Source: Paramecium tetraurelia
Taxonomy: Eukaryota
Reading direction: 5' to 3'
Assembly (NCBI GenBank): GCA_000165425.1
Contig: CT868363.1
Location: 124,001-188,000 of the forward strand
DNA length: 64,000 bases
In this document: piece after piece, positions 24,777 to 37,747 of the stretch
Layout of the letters: every line of letters starts with the position of its first letter
How positions within the stretch are numbered: position 1 is the stretch's first letter
Program-made: the position numbers and the translations under genes
Notes under the pieces: generated by a model
The model's database searches: none
Seen by the model: the letters and a program-made list of their open reading frames with translations, nothing else
Told to the model about the DNA's origin: nothing

Positions 24777-25510
24777 CTAAAAATCAAGTAATGATATATT
24801 TTTATTATGTGATAAATTTATTCAAAAACTACCTTAAAAATGACAAAAGTAGCATTAATTAAGAATCAATTATTCCATTGATCTTCAATCTAGTCTGAAA
24901 ATACTATTCATTAGATATTCGATAAAAAAAAAGATCTATATTTATGTTAATTAAGTTTTCTTTTATAGAATACCACATTTTACTTACAATTTCCAAAATT
25001 TTTGCATCATATATTTCCTCCCAAGAACTAGGACTAAATAAATACAAAAATTTATTTGAAAGCCACTAATTAAATTAGTGATTCTATTATTGCAATTATG
25101 TCGTCATTCTATAATCATTAAATTATTAATTAATTATTTTAACAATATTTTTTTTTTCGATCTTACCTAATATAATTGTAAAAGTTTTATTTTCCTTCTG
25201 AATCGTTTATTTCATTTAGGAAATTGTAACCTTAGTAATTTGTCTTTGATTTGATCCATAATATCGTTGATTTGAGTCTAAACTAGAATCAAAATACCTA
25301 AATCAAAAATAGATCAAGGATATAATGTTTAACATTCGACTTCAATGATTAGAATTATAATAAATAATCAATATGGCAACATTATATTGGGTATATAAAT
25401 TTGAATATAGAATTACAAGTAGGTATTGCCATATTGTACCCGAAGGATGATGAAAGGAGTATAATTTTATTTATTAATATTAGCCATTTTATATATTATA
25501 ATATTTGGAG

Positions 25511-28500
25511 ATGAAAGAAGGCTAAAATATAAAAGTTGTTGCTCGGTTGAGACCACTCAATGCTCTTGAAATGCAATAAGGAGGGGAATGTTGTGTTTCA
25601 TATGGTGAAAAACAAATTACTGTTACGGTATGACATTTGAGTCTATCAATTATTTAGGTTGGCTCCAATGATAAATAGGATTTTGCATTTGATCGAATAT
25701 TCGGACCTGATTCAGAATAGGCTGATGTATTCGATGAAGTAGGGAGACCGATTTTAGACAGCGTGATGAATGGTTATAATGGAACCATTTTTGCGTATGG
25801 TTAAACTTCATCAGGCAAAACATTTACAATGGAAGTACTATGCAGAGTGAAAATATATAGGGCCCAGATAATCCTAACGAAAGGACTAAAGGATTGATAC
25901 CAAGAGTCATGACTGAATTATTTGATGTTGTGCATAGCAAATCAGAGGAATTAATATATATTGTGAAGGTTTCTTTTTTGGAAATTTACAATGAGAAAAT
26001 CATGGATTTATTAGACACTAATAAAACTAACCTAAAAATAAAAGAAGATAGACTTCGGGGCATTTTTGTATAGAATCTCACAGAAATTAAAGTTGAATCC
26101 CCAGAAGAAATGAAATAGGTGATGATGACTGGGTCAAATAATAGAACAATAGCGGCCACTAGAATGAATGAAAGATCATCTAGATCTCATTCCTTATTTT
26201 AAATTTAGGTTAGTGAAAAAAATTTGAAAACAGATTCCAGTAAACTAAGCAAATTGTACTTTGTGGATTTGGCAGGATCAGAAAAAATATCAAAAACTAA
26301 TGTTTCTGGTCAACAACTAGAAGAAGCTAAGAATATTAATAAATCATTAACTTGTTTAGGCATGGTCATTAATGCCTTAACTTCTGATAAAAAAGAACAC
26401 ATCCCTTATAGAGACTCTAAATTAACTAGAATATTGAGTGAATCTCTTGGAGGAAATGCTAAAACTACCTTAGTAGTTGCTTGTTCGATGTGTTCATACA
26501 ACGATAAAGAGACAATAAGTACTTTAAGATTTGGAGCAAGAGCCAAAGCCATAAAAAATAAGCCCACTATCAATGCTGAGAAAAGTGCTAAAGAATTACA
26601 AGCCTTACTAGATATTGCTGAATAAAAGATACTAGAGTAGGATGAAATAATTAATAAATTAATGGAAAAAGTAGAGAACGGCACTTCAGTCTCAATGGAT
26701 AAAGGAAACTCAAACTCAAATTTGGGACCGTAACAAAATGCCGCATAATCTAAATAACACTCATCTCTATAATTATTAAAAGAACATAAATTAGTTGTCA
26801 ATTTGCAAGAAGAATTGGAGTTTCAAAAAACAGAAATGGCTGCTCTTTAGATAAATTATTAGAGTAGGATTGATGAATTATAAGAGAAACTTTTAAAATA
26901 GAAATTCAATGAAGAACATACCAAATAATAACTATCTGAATGCTTAAAAAATAATTAAAAATTCATTTTTGAAAATGAATAATTGAAAACTCAAATCTTA
27001 GAGAATGATTAGAAACTATTTGATTTTCGTAGGGCTCTGTCTTCAACAAAGTAAGACTTAGACTTCTTCCTTGCCAATCTGAATTTAAAGAACCAATTCA
27101 ATTAATGTCCTTCTGATTCTGAATCAACAAAAGACATTTTCATGACTGAATAATATGACAAGGAAATTGAAGAGAGAACCTTTTAGAGCATAGTTAATTT
27201 TTCAGAGACCCTTACAAAATTAGATACCATTCTATTGAAAGATTTTACTTAGGAATAAGTCATCACTCAAATTATAAATCCATAATTTAAGAAAAAGAAT
27301 GTATCCTTTTAAATGGATTCTTAACCGCCCTCACCAAAATCTAATAAATTATTGGATATTGATAATTACTCTTTTTAAACAGATGAAGATGAATTAAACA
27401 TAAAATTTGATGAAAATGAATAAACTTTAATAAAATCCACCTAAGAGAATGAAGAAATCTCGGATGTTGAAAAATTATTAGCCATGTTAGGTGATAAAAT
27501 GGAGGATTCACATGTATTACTACAAATTCAGGAAGTTTTCTCGAAATTGAGGAGATAACTTTAAGTGGAATAAGAGAAGGTCTAAGAAATATATTAAATC
27601 ATGGTTACCATTAAGGATTAGTTTTCCATGTATCAAATTAAGGAAAGAGAAAAAATGTAAAAATTGAAACTATCATACAATTAAAAGAAGAGTGAAATGA
27701 GTTAATCGAAGCATAGCCTTTAAAAACAATTAGTAAATATATTTGATCAATTATTTCTTAGGAAGATTTAACAGTGGAATTCCAGAAATATAAGCATGAA
27801 ACAGAAAAATAATAATAATTTCTTACTTAAATCAATCAGCAATTGATGTTTACTTTAGAGACCCAAAAATCTTAGTATTATATCATTCTTATTTTTTATA
27901 TTGCAATAACAGGAAAGTTCAGCCTTTAATCCTCTCTCCAGAGAATATCAACTTGAATGTACTGTCAAATAGCTCATGCAGGAAAGAAATGATATGCATA
28001 ACTCGCTATTATAAACTAGATAATAATTGGAAAATGCAATAAAATTAAAAAATTCCTAAGCAGAAGAAATTATTAAATTACAAAAGAAAATCGATACAAT
28101 AGAATTGTAATTGTAACATAAGAAGCTCTAGGAATAAGATCTAATTCGACGGCAATTCCAAAGGAGATTCAGTAGAGATACTAAAAAAACCGCCTCAGAG
28201 ACTCAAGGATGGAGTTTCGACTAAATTATTAAAGATGATCATGCAAGGAACATTGCAAGATTAGAAACAGTTTTAGGATATTCTTGTTTAGAAACAATCT
28301 AAACAGGAGCCTGTGTAGGAAAAGCCGATCTAATAATCAATGAGTTTCAGGTAAGATTCATTATATTATACAGAAAATATATAACTTAGGCAGCGAGTAA
28401 TAAGGAAATTAATAGGAGTATGATGATCTCAGTCCAGTCATTGGTACACGCACCATAATTTCAAAAGAAGTTGGAGAATGCAAAGGATAAAATCCAGAGA

Positions 28501-28655
28501 TATTCGAATAATATCCATCATAGCCAGATTAAATAAGCATAGCATTAGACGTAATAATGTCAGTCAATAAACATAGGAATTTCACGAACAACTTGTCGAT
28601 GACATTGGAACGACCCCCTTTAGAAGAATTCTAAGAAAGTTACTATCCTGAATGA
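25511..28655 (+). CDS. Kinesin heavy chain (kinesin-1-like) with a long coiled-coil tail
   Basis: [72 protein letters not shown] and ETISTLRFGARAKAIKN motifs. The 3' end depends on a 26-nt intron near 28551. Confidence 0.9.
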
Positions 28656-28811
28656 ATAATTATAAATTCATCATTATTGTTTTTATATTTTTGAGTTTGT
28701 TCAAAAATACTATAGTTTATAAATTACTAGATTTTAAATATAAAATTAAAAAATATATATTTTTCCTGTTTAAAAATGATTAATGTTGTTTATTTATTAT
28801 TAGATATAGCT

Positions 28812-29627
28812 TCAGAAGCCTAAAAAATAATCGGTATCAACTCCCCAAATGGGTTATCTAGATTTTTAGCAGCTGTTGTTGTTGCTAGACGAAATTTCAG
28901 TTGATGCCTTACTCATAGGTGAAGTGCTTGAATTTTTATTTTCTAATTGTAGACTTAAAATATACTTATTCTTTTAGCACTAGAAGCTCTTTTGTATAGT
29001 TGACGGAGCATTTTATCGCATTTTGGATTTTCAGAATCATTTAAGATATCTTTGATTTTCACAAACGAAGTTAGATCATGAGATTTGTAGCTTATCAACA
29101 GATCAGGATTAAGGAGATTTTTTCGATACCAGTTATCCATTTCAACACAAGAAAACGGACCTAAAAATTTTAGATAAGGTCAGACCTTACCTTAAACATT
29201 ATTACTATTGTCCAAGTAATACCAATATCGACTTGTTAAAGATTGAAAGTGAGAGTATTTTGAAAATGAAAATGGACTCATGTTGGCTTTTTGAACTGGC
29301 CACTCTATTTAAAAAATTAGAAGATTATTACTTTAAGGAAAAAATGTTCTGATCTTTCCCTTGGAACTTTTAGATTATACTGATCTTAATTATTGGGCTG
29401 ACACCTAGGGAGTATTACTTTAACTTATAGCTGACATAAATATCAAACCATTCTCAAAATCTAAGGTCAGTTTTATATAAAAAAATACTTTCAGGAGATT
29501 CATTTGTTAGAGGATTTTGTTATTAAGCAGTAAAAAAAGCAGTGAAGTTATCAAGTAAAGTTTTTGGAATTGAGCATTATATATTTTCATATCCAAGTAG
29601 TTCTAAAGTCTCTTTCTTAAAATTCAT
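28812..29627 (-). CDS. Hypothetical protein
   Basis: MNFKKETLELLGYENIQCSIPK..., includes ORF-track fragment 28955-29140, and ends PIWGVDTDYFLGF-TGA after small introns. Confidence 0.55.
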
Positions 29628-29838
29628 TAATTAATATATGAGATTATATTTATATTGAGAATTGGCTTTATAACATCATTTGATAATTTTAATTTTTAAT
29701 ATCATCATCTGTATAACAAGATTACTCAGAAAAGGAATAATTTAAATTCTTGTTCTCTTCTGTTTAATTTGATTATATTTTATCCAAATTGGAGGAATTT
29801 ATTTTAATTGCAAAAATTAAAATTTATATTAATTATAT

Positions 29839-30679
29839 ATGCTTGAAGTTTCATCAGCTGAGATTATTTTCGACTTAAAAAACGACACTTATATTCCTTA
29901 CAACTTAAGTCTAAAAAATGTCACATCCTATTACTTGGCATATAAAGTTAGAGAAAAATATATTTGATAGATTAAATCCACAAAACCAGAACTATTTTCT
30001 GTTAAACAAAGTAGAGGATTGATTTCACCACAGTAATCAGAAATCGTAGAATTTAGTACAACAGACAGAGCTAAAGTACATTATAAATATGAATATAGGA
30101 AGAATTTAGATCCCAAACATATCGTGAATCAGAAATTCTAAATATATGCAATTAATGTTTAAGAAAAGAAATCAGTAAAATCAATCATATAGTTAGATTG
30201 CTGAAATTGACAACCTCTTCCAAACTCAAACTTGTTTTAGTATTAGATTGTTTACAAGTATAATGAAGGAAGAATTTGGCAAAAAAGTTCAAATTTTAGG
30301 AAACAACTTGGCATCCAGTCATGCATCTGTTCTAGTATACCAATTATTTAAAATCTTATTAGTCAAATAGCAGATCAGAGTCTTAAGCGACTATGCAGTC
30401 AATGATTTAACCAACTCCATTAACTAATTAAGTGTAATGTGTTTAAAAACTCAAACAAATTGAATTGGAACTAGTAATTATTTCATTTATAACATAAAAA
30501 GGCAGAAGAAAAACGAAAGAGAGAATAACTTTATAATACTATTGAAATTTAAAAATTAAAGAAAGGTTTATTTATCTATTATATTAATAGGATCCTCATT
30601 TATCAAATTTATTCTGCCCATTATTTTAGGAATTCTATTATCCAATGTTTACTAAATGAGTCTTAAATATTATGAATGA
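29839..30679 (+). CDS. MSP-domain, tail-anchored VAP/Scs2-like protein
   Basis: LSLKNVTSYYLAYKIKSTKPELFSVKQSRGLISP matches the MSP signature. A coiled-coil region is followed by a C-terminal hydrophobic helix (FILPIILGILLSNVY). Confidence 0.8.
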
Positions 30680-30827
30680 GGTTAAGATATAAGTTTTTTG
30701 ATGAATATGCAAAAAAATATATTATTTACAGTTTCTTATGGTAATATTTTATTAATCTAAAATTAAAAAAAGAATATAAGATATATATTGTTAACTATAA
30801 AATATTTCAAAATCTAGCATTAAAAGT

Positions 30828-31472
30828 TCATTTTAATTATTCATATTCCATTTAATCTTTAAGTTTAGCTATTTCACTATGTAATTTTGAAAACTATTAA
30901 TTTAGAACAATTGCATCATTAAGGACATAGAGATAAGGCTTATTTGATAATTAGATATCTGAATTCCCTTAGATTAATTCTGCTCCTTCTTCATAACTTA
31001 TACATTGATATGCTACATGAACACCACATTCTTCACAACACCACCGGTATTATTTTTCTACACCTTAAAATCATAAGATGAATAAATATACAATTCGAAC
31101 GCTTTATATATTTTATCCCTTCCTGTTTTAGAAATAGCCTTATAAAAATTTGTTTTAAATTGATTGCAATGCTATTATCTGATCTTCTCGTCGGAAGGGT
31201 GTCTAATCCTATGTTTGCTCCTATTGCCTTCTTTCCACAGAGAGAGCAGAAATAAATTTTGATATTTTCTGATTTCAATGTAGTTTCATTTAAAGTTCTT
31301 AATTTCACTACCGTTTATAAATCGACATCTCTGTTATAGATGGCAGATTTTAAGTTTTTTAGAGAGGCTAAGGTGACCTAGATTAAATTAGATTTATAGA
31401 GTATACTGGATTTTTGTCTTATGCTTTGTCAAGTTCTTTTAATTATTCTAAAATTTTTTCTTCGTCTTGCAT
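30828..31472 (-). CDS. STEEP1/CXorf56 (UPF0428)-like protein
   Basis: IYFCSLCGKKAI...LDTLPTRRSDNSIAI...IKRSN..VEKQYRWCCEECGVHVAYQC, matching the Cys-rich pattern of the CXorf56 family. Confidence 0.75.
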
Positions 31473-31532
31473 TAATTTTAAATAAATAATACATATATAA
31501 AACAGTTAACCTTAAAATTAAATTTAAAAATA

Positions 31533-32457
31533 ATGTTCAAAAGTGCTACTGCGACTAAGAAACACGATGAATCGGACTATTCAAATGTATAGAGTTGATT
31601 ATAATTTGATAGAGAAATGTATCACCTAGTTAAAATCAAGATCGTATCAATGAATTAAACAGAGTATTGCAAGGACTATCCACAAATGTAAAGGATGACA
31701 AAGTAGTTTTTATTCTTAATAAATATAGAGCAGGAGAGATTTGTATTTTCAAAAAATTAAAATACTTGAGGAGAGGATTCAAAAAGGAGAAATTAATGAT
31801 AATTAAAAATTCAGGGTATTCCTTTATTTGTAATTTCTTAGTTGCTCTATGAACAATATGAGAAGTTGGAAGAAACCTTATACAGCGAAAGAGATTAAAG
31901 ATAGGTAAGATAGACTTTAATTGTAGTTAATATGTGAAAAAAGTTTGAAATCATTAACTTTAATTGAGAAAAACTTTTCATTATCCTTGAATGAAGAATA
32001 TTCCAGTAGGAAAGTGAATGAATAAGAGATTTTTGCTGAAATTGATGACAAAATATAAGCAATGAAGGGAGAATTAAAAAAAGACAATGTCTAAAGAACT
32101 GAATATGAGGAGAAGCAAATTGAAAACATTGAAAAAGAACTTGAAGAATTAAGATACTATTTCGAATAAGAAAAATAGATCAGAGATCAAAATGCTGAGA
32201 AATTAATAAGAGGATTTGGAGAAGAGATCTTAAGATTGTAAGAATAGTTGAGTGAGGAGAAAAGAATCTCAGAAGAGTCATACGAAACAACTATTAGATT
32301 ATTATAAGATTTAGATTAATCTATTTAAAATGATTTAGAAGTAAAATATTATTCTAATTTTTAGTAAGAGTAATTTTTAAGAGAGAAACAAGAGAAATCA
32401 TTGTTAAAATTATTGGAATCAACATGCTAAAAGATTGAATAATCTTTATTATCATGA
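31533..32457 (+). CDS. SF-assemblin/beta-giardin-like coiled-coil protein (striated rootlet/kinetodesmal fibre candidate)
   Basis: Segmented coiled coil with EKQIRDQNAEKL and EEKRISEESYETTIRLL, ending REKQEKSLLKLLESTCQKIE as in SF-assemblins. About 5 tiny introns. Confidence 0.65.
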
Positions 32458-32500
32458 TATATAAATTTATTTATTCATATTAATTAATTAGAATAAAAAA

Positions 32501-35023
32501 ATGGGAAATTAGATCAATGTAAAGGCAAAATTTGTAAATCTATTGAAATAGGAGGATGAAAATGCTTTGGCAGAAGAATTAAAATCAATTTTGCTCCTTG
32601 ACATCTCTTAAGAAGATTATCTTAACGCCTTTTATCCTTCTGACATTCGGGATATATTAAAATAATCGCCAAAAAGGATATCGGGAATAATCCACTATCT
32701 GCATCACTTCCTTTGCGATTCATAAACTGATTTAGCATCTCATGTTCAATATAGATAATGGAAGAACAGTTTAAGAATATTAACTTCAATAATTCCAGTT
32801 TTATACGAAGAATAATTTAAAGAACAAATGAAAGAGATGCTCTGGAACACTAAAATCCCTAAACCCAACGAGGAAATTTAAGAGCGAGACCCTCCACTCA
32901 TAATTTCACTACTTTAGAGACTCTTTTAAATGTGCTTCCATTTTGGATTTACAATAGATTCTTTAGAATATAATGTAATTATACTTACTAATCTTAAAAG
33001 GAATCAGTTGTAAAGAATGATACTCTATTATAATAATTTGCATAATATTATCAAAATGTATGGAATTCTTATAAATTGCAAGTTGGTTATATATGGAAGG
33101 GTTTTAATCCTTAGTGTAAGTACCCAAATGATATAGCAAAATATTTCGAAAATCGCTATCTCGTTTTATCTTGTATATTTGCATTGGTTAGTTCAACATT
33201 ATTTTCATCATAACTATTTTTTGAACAAGAAATTCAACTATTAAATGAAGATAATAAGTAGGAAAATTAAGAAAAAGTGAATCAACCTCCTGAATAAGAA
33301 ATAGATGAATAATTTTAAGAGCAATAAATATAAGAATAATAAAACTAAAATAATAATCATAATAATTAACCAAAAACTCAAAAATTTTTAGTTTAAACAC
33401 CAAATGCTGCTTTGTTCATATTACAAAAAGTTCAATTTTTCCCAGAATTATTTGTATCTATAATTGGCTTTTCAATATTCCCAACTGAGAGAATCAAGTA
33501 ATTTCTCAGGGGCCTTGTCAATTTACCTAATTAAATTGAAGATAATCTTTAAAATGTATGCTTAAAACTATTAACTCTTATAATAGGTGGATAGGGTATT
33601 TGACATTAATAAATAATAGGCTTTGTATAAAAGGAGGTTCTGCCCCTTGAAAAAGAGTTCGAAGAAATGATCAGAGCGAAAGAGCACTTTCAACTATTCA
33701 ACATTCCCTTCCCATAATTTATTAATTTACCTTAACAAATATAGGAAGGAATAATAGTTTAATTAACCTAAAAATTTTATTCTTATTACAAATCTTAATA
33801 GTAATTTATAAGAGGAACCTTTGAAAAACATTTATCCAACTTTGAAAGCTGTTTCATTTAGTTGAGTTATTTATCTGCAAAGTCTATACATAATGGTATT
33901 TGTTCACCTTATATTAATAGTCCCAAATATAATGGTTGTTTTTTTATTGTCTTACTTCAACCAAAACAAATATATTAAAAAAGTTTCATTAAGGATTCTC
34001 AAACTGCTAAGTGCGTAACCACAATTAAATAAATAATTATGTGCTAGTTAAGAGTTTACTTTGACTTTTACAGATGCTCCTATTATAATTGGTTCTTGGG
34101 GTGACTTATTGATTACAGCACTCTGTGATACAATCTAGAAGGATTTCTATTCGATTAAGGAGAGCAAACTATTAGAAATATCTCAAATAATATTCAATGT
34201 TTCAGCAGAGATTGGTAATCTGAATAGAGAAAGTTGTGAGATGATTTGTAACTTAATTAAAAAGTTGGCAAACTATGATTTTATATTAAAATCCCCAAAC
34301 GTATTAATTAGTGTATAGAATTTGATTGGAGCAGTCTCTCAAATAGTTTACTTTTTCCCTGATGACAATTTTAATCTTATATGTAATGTAATAAAGATTA
34401 AGGATAGTATCAAATTCATTCATTAATTATAAATCACTTAAAAGAAGCTTTAATTCTGGTGGGGTAAGTACGCTCCTCATAATCCAATTGTTAATTAGAG
34501 TTTTATTAAGAGCTAGCAGTTTTAAAATGATGTTCACGATATTAGAGAATCCTAAGTAAGATCAATCACTCAATAGTAACAAGCTACAACTCAAAAGAAA
34601 TAATCAAAGTAATTTTAGTAAGAGGAGATCTAAAGCTTATAACAATTAGAATAAATTCAATCAGATAGAACTTAAAGGCCTTCTGCTGAATAAACTAAAT
34701 ATTTTGAGTTATGGAAAAACTTCAACTAGGATTAATTGAAATAGTTTGTTCCTTTGGCTAGTTTGGCGAAATTGCTGGAAAAGTTATTTGAATTATGTGT
34801 GGATCCTACTGATGAAGCACTATTAAAAGGAGTATGTGAATCACATGATCTGAGATCTTTGATGATTAAATAACTTAGCTTTAAAATAACTGTTGACAAA
34901 TTTAAGATATTCAAAATGTTAACAAAATAAATTTGGTCAAATTGCCTGAGGAATTCTGACAAATTTCCATATTTTGAAAAGTCTTAATGTCCATGCTTTT
35001 AACTATCGTACGTGGAGAAATGA
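32501..35023 (+). CDS. HID1/dymeclin-family Golgi protein
   Basis: MGNQ myristoylation-type start; SQEDYLNAFYPSDIRDILKQSPKRI resembles the HID1 N-terminus (DVFALVPAAEIRAVREESP). Further resemblance in IIFNVSAEIGNLNRESC and the terminal IWSNCLRN..FPYF. Confidence 0.65.
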
Positions 35024-35100
35024 TATATAAAGTTAAAAGTTAATCATTTATTTTGTTAATTTAAATTCAGGTTTTGACTTTTATAATAAATTAAATATTA

Positions 35101-35508
35101 ATGAAAAGATAAAAATAATTTGAATTCAGCCTCACCGAAAAAATTATTTAATAGCGTAAACCCTTGAGAATGAGCCCAAGTTTTCGTATCAAATATTACA
35201 GCCCGACAAAAGTTTAAAAGATGAAATTCGACTATTAAAAGGATATAAGACAATATAAGAGTCATTGTTTTGACCAGTTTATCGATAATTATCATATCCC
35301 TACCATCCACACTTAAAGAGCGTAAGTTTGATAACATTATTACATAAGAGCAAGTTAAAAAAGAACCTGCATGTACTCAAGATAACAAACACCTAGCAAT
35401 TCTTAAGTCAATCACAATAATTCTGAAATCTAGCACAATAAATACTTAGAGTTTTCCAAATTAACAAGACAGAAAAGACAAATCAAAATTATTCATCTAT
35501 TGTAATGA
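35101..35508 (+). CDS. Small basic hypothetical protein
   Basis: MKRQKQFEFSLTEK..., one 27-nt intron (35322-35348), TGA at 35506-35508. Confidence 0.5.
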
Positions 35509-35649
35509 ATGATATTTAGGCTTTCTAAATTAAATATGAACTAAAACGATATAGTAACATTAACTTAGGAAAAAGTTTAGTAAAGTGTTACCACTCTTAA
35601 TATTTCATTTAATTTAATCATTTATTAAATTATTTTATTTTATAATCTA

Positions 35650-36469
35650 ATGATTTGTGCATCAGAAGAACACATCGAATAAGTAGTGAATTTGTAATTG
35701 ATCAATAAAGAGAAGTTGAAAGATAAATTTTTAAAAAAGATGCGAAATAGAGACAATGTTGATTAATCTTATGGCGAAAGAAGAAAAAGTATAAATCACT
35801 TGAATTATTTTCTCTTAGAGGTCAAATTGGAGCAACAGTCTAGGCCTAAATTTGAGGATTTAATTTGTCCAATTTGTCTAGAAATCTTTTAAAAAGTCAC
35901 TACTACTTAATGTGGGCATGCATTTTGTGAAATGTGTATTTTTGATAGTTTAATGAGAAAAGCAGTATAGAGTTCTTTTAATATTAGGAATGTCCTGTTT
36001 GCAGAGTGAAAATTAAAACACACTCATTCTAATATTGTGAAAGTTTTGATAATAGAATCAATGATTTAGTTAATGAATATGGAGATAAAACTCAGATCGA
36101 GCATTTTAAAAATAGATAGTTAGAGATGGAATAATGGAATAAATCGAAATAGTATTAAAATATATCTAAGATAGAGTAGATAATTTGGCAATAGACTAAA
36201 AAGTTGATATAATGGATTAATAATTTATATGGTGTGTGGCAACCATTAGGTAAATTGGCAAAAAGGAAATATTTATTCATTATGATGGATGGGGGAAAGA
36301 GTATGATGAATTCATCCCATTACAATCTAATAGAATTGCCCCTTTGGGTCTTTATACTAAAAGAGAAGATATCCCAAAATATCAACCTGAACAAAGGCAG
36401 TTTGCTGAAATCATATAATATATTAACCAATATGGAGAACTCCCAACATAAAATGAACTGAATGATTGA
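35650..36469 (+). CDS. C3HC4 RING-finger protein with a C-terminal Tudor-knot/MBT-like (royal family) domain
   Basis: CPICLE...CGHAFCEMCI...CPVCR, then VDIMDQQFIWCVATIRQIGKKEIFIHYDGWGKEYDEFIPLQSNRIAPLG. Confidence 0.85.
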
Positions 36470-36598
36470 TAAGATGTTTAATTATATATAAAACTTGAAC
36501 GACTTTCTTATAGAAATTCTGCAATATCAGTTATCACACTTATTTATTATATAACTATAATTTATGATAAGATAAAGAGCCATATGATTACATATATA

Positions 36599-37663
36599 TC
36601 ATAAATAGATAGCCAAAGATTTTGGTTTGTAATAGTGAATAAATTAATTAATATTAATTTATCCTCTTTCATCGATATCTTGTAAAACAAGGGAAGCTTC
36701 TTCAATAGTCACCAAATAACCAAATTGCTCTAAGTACGATAAGTATAATTTATTACATAACAGTTTGGTGATTTCAAATGCCTTGATCCACCCATCTCTG
36801 TCTTGGTCTATGAATTCAAAGATCTAAACTAAATTAATAAGAGATTTGTCAATCTTTTATCTATAGTATTCAACAGTGGACATCATTTACAATTTCATCT
36901 GGATCAATCTACAAAATATTTCCATTTATTCTTGAGTAGGATGATCTTGTTGACACCTTAGATCAGCAGGATCTGGCATTTCTTCATATTTTACATAAGG
37001 CACGATAAGTTACAGAAATTATCCATAAGTAATCGATTAAGAACGCTTCCAATTATTTAAGTAGTTGAACAATAGTTCCAGATCACAAATCTTGATATCA
37101 TCTTGATAGGATTGCAGTACTTCTAAGAATTAAAATTTTTCAATTTTCTAATAATTCGAATTAATAATTACATAATGATTATCAGATGTAAACGCAAAGA
37201 ACAACTACAATAAGTTTGGTTTAAGTTGTTTTAGTTTTTTATTGATTAGCACAAATTCTTTTCTAAATTAGATTTCCTCTTAAAAAACATAAGAAACGAA
37301 CCTAATGTCCTGATCTGTGATTTAGTTATATTTTTCTGAATTAGCAGGTTCTTGTTATTGATTGTTATTTTGTTTATTGCTATATGTTTAATTCATAGAG
37401 TCTGGATCTTATTAATTTCCATTATATTTGTTAAAGGTTTTACCCAATTTTTGATATTCCTGTTGAGATTAAGCGAAATCCTACTATTATTGATTTTCGA
37501 TCTAATTTCGATAATATTTATCTTCTATTTCATATTTCGAATCATATATTAATTTTGGGAACTCTCTTTTGGGTAAATCTGGCAATGATGGATATTGAAG
37601 GGAGAAGTAGTGAGATAAAGGTTTTGATACATATGTCGACTAGTTGAATTAATGAGTTCTCAT
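36599..37663 (-). CDS. EF-hand protein
   Basis: Long frame from ATG 37663 containing IFEFIDQDRDGWIKAFE and degenerate EF-hands (DIDERGQININQF). TGA at 36599-36601. Confidence 0.7.
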
Positions 37664-37747
37664 TTTTGTTTCAAAGTTAATTGGTTTTGCTGTTAATTAT
37701 TTGAAATGTAAATATTGTATATATATATTTTAATGTTGAATAATATT

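Noticed and set aside
25373..25510. Possible upstream exons extending the kinesin N-terminus
   Set aside because: A spliced path can be drawn, but ATG 25511 already gives the canonical kinesin-1 start just before NIKVVAR and the extension has no recognisable similarity.
33230..33380. Q/E/N-rich insert in the HID1-like gene considered as an inserted element
   Set aside because: Appears in-frame with no terminal repeats; ordinary low-complexity loop common in ciliate proteins.
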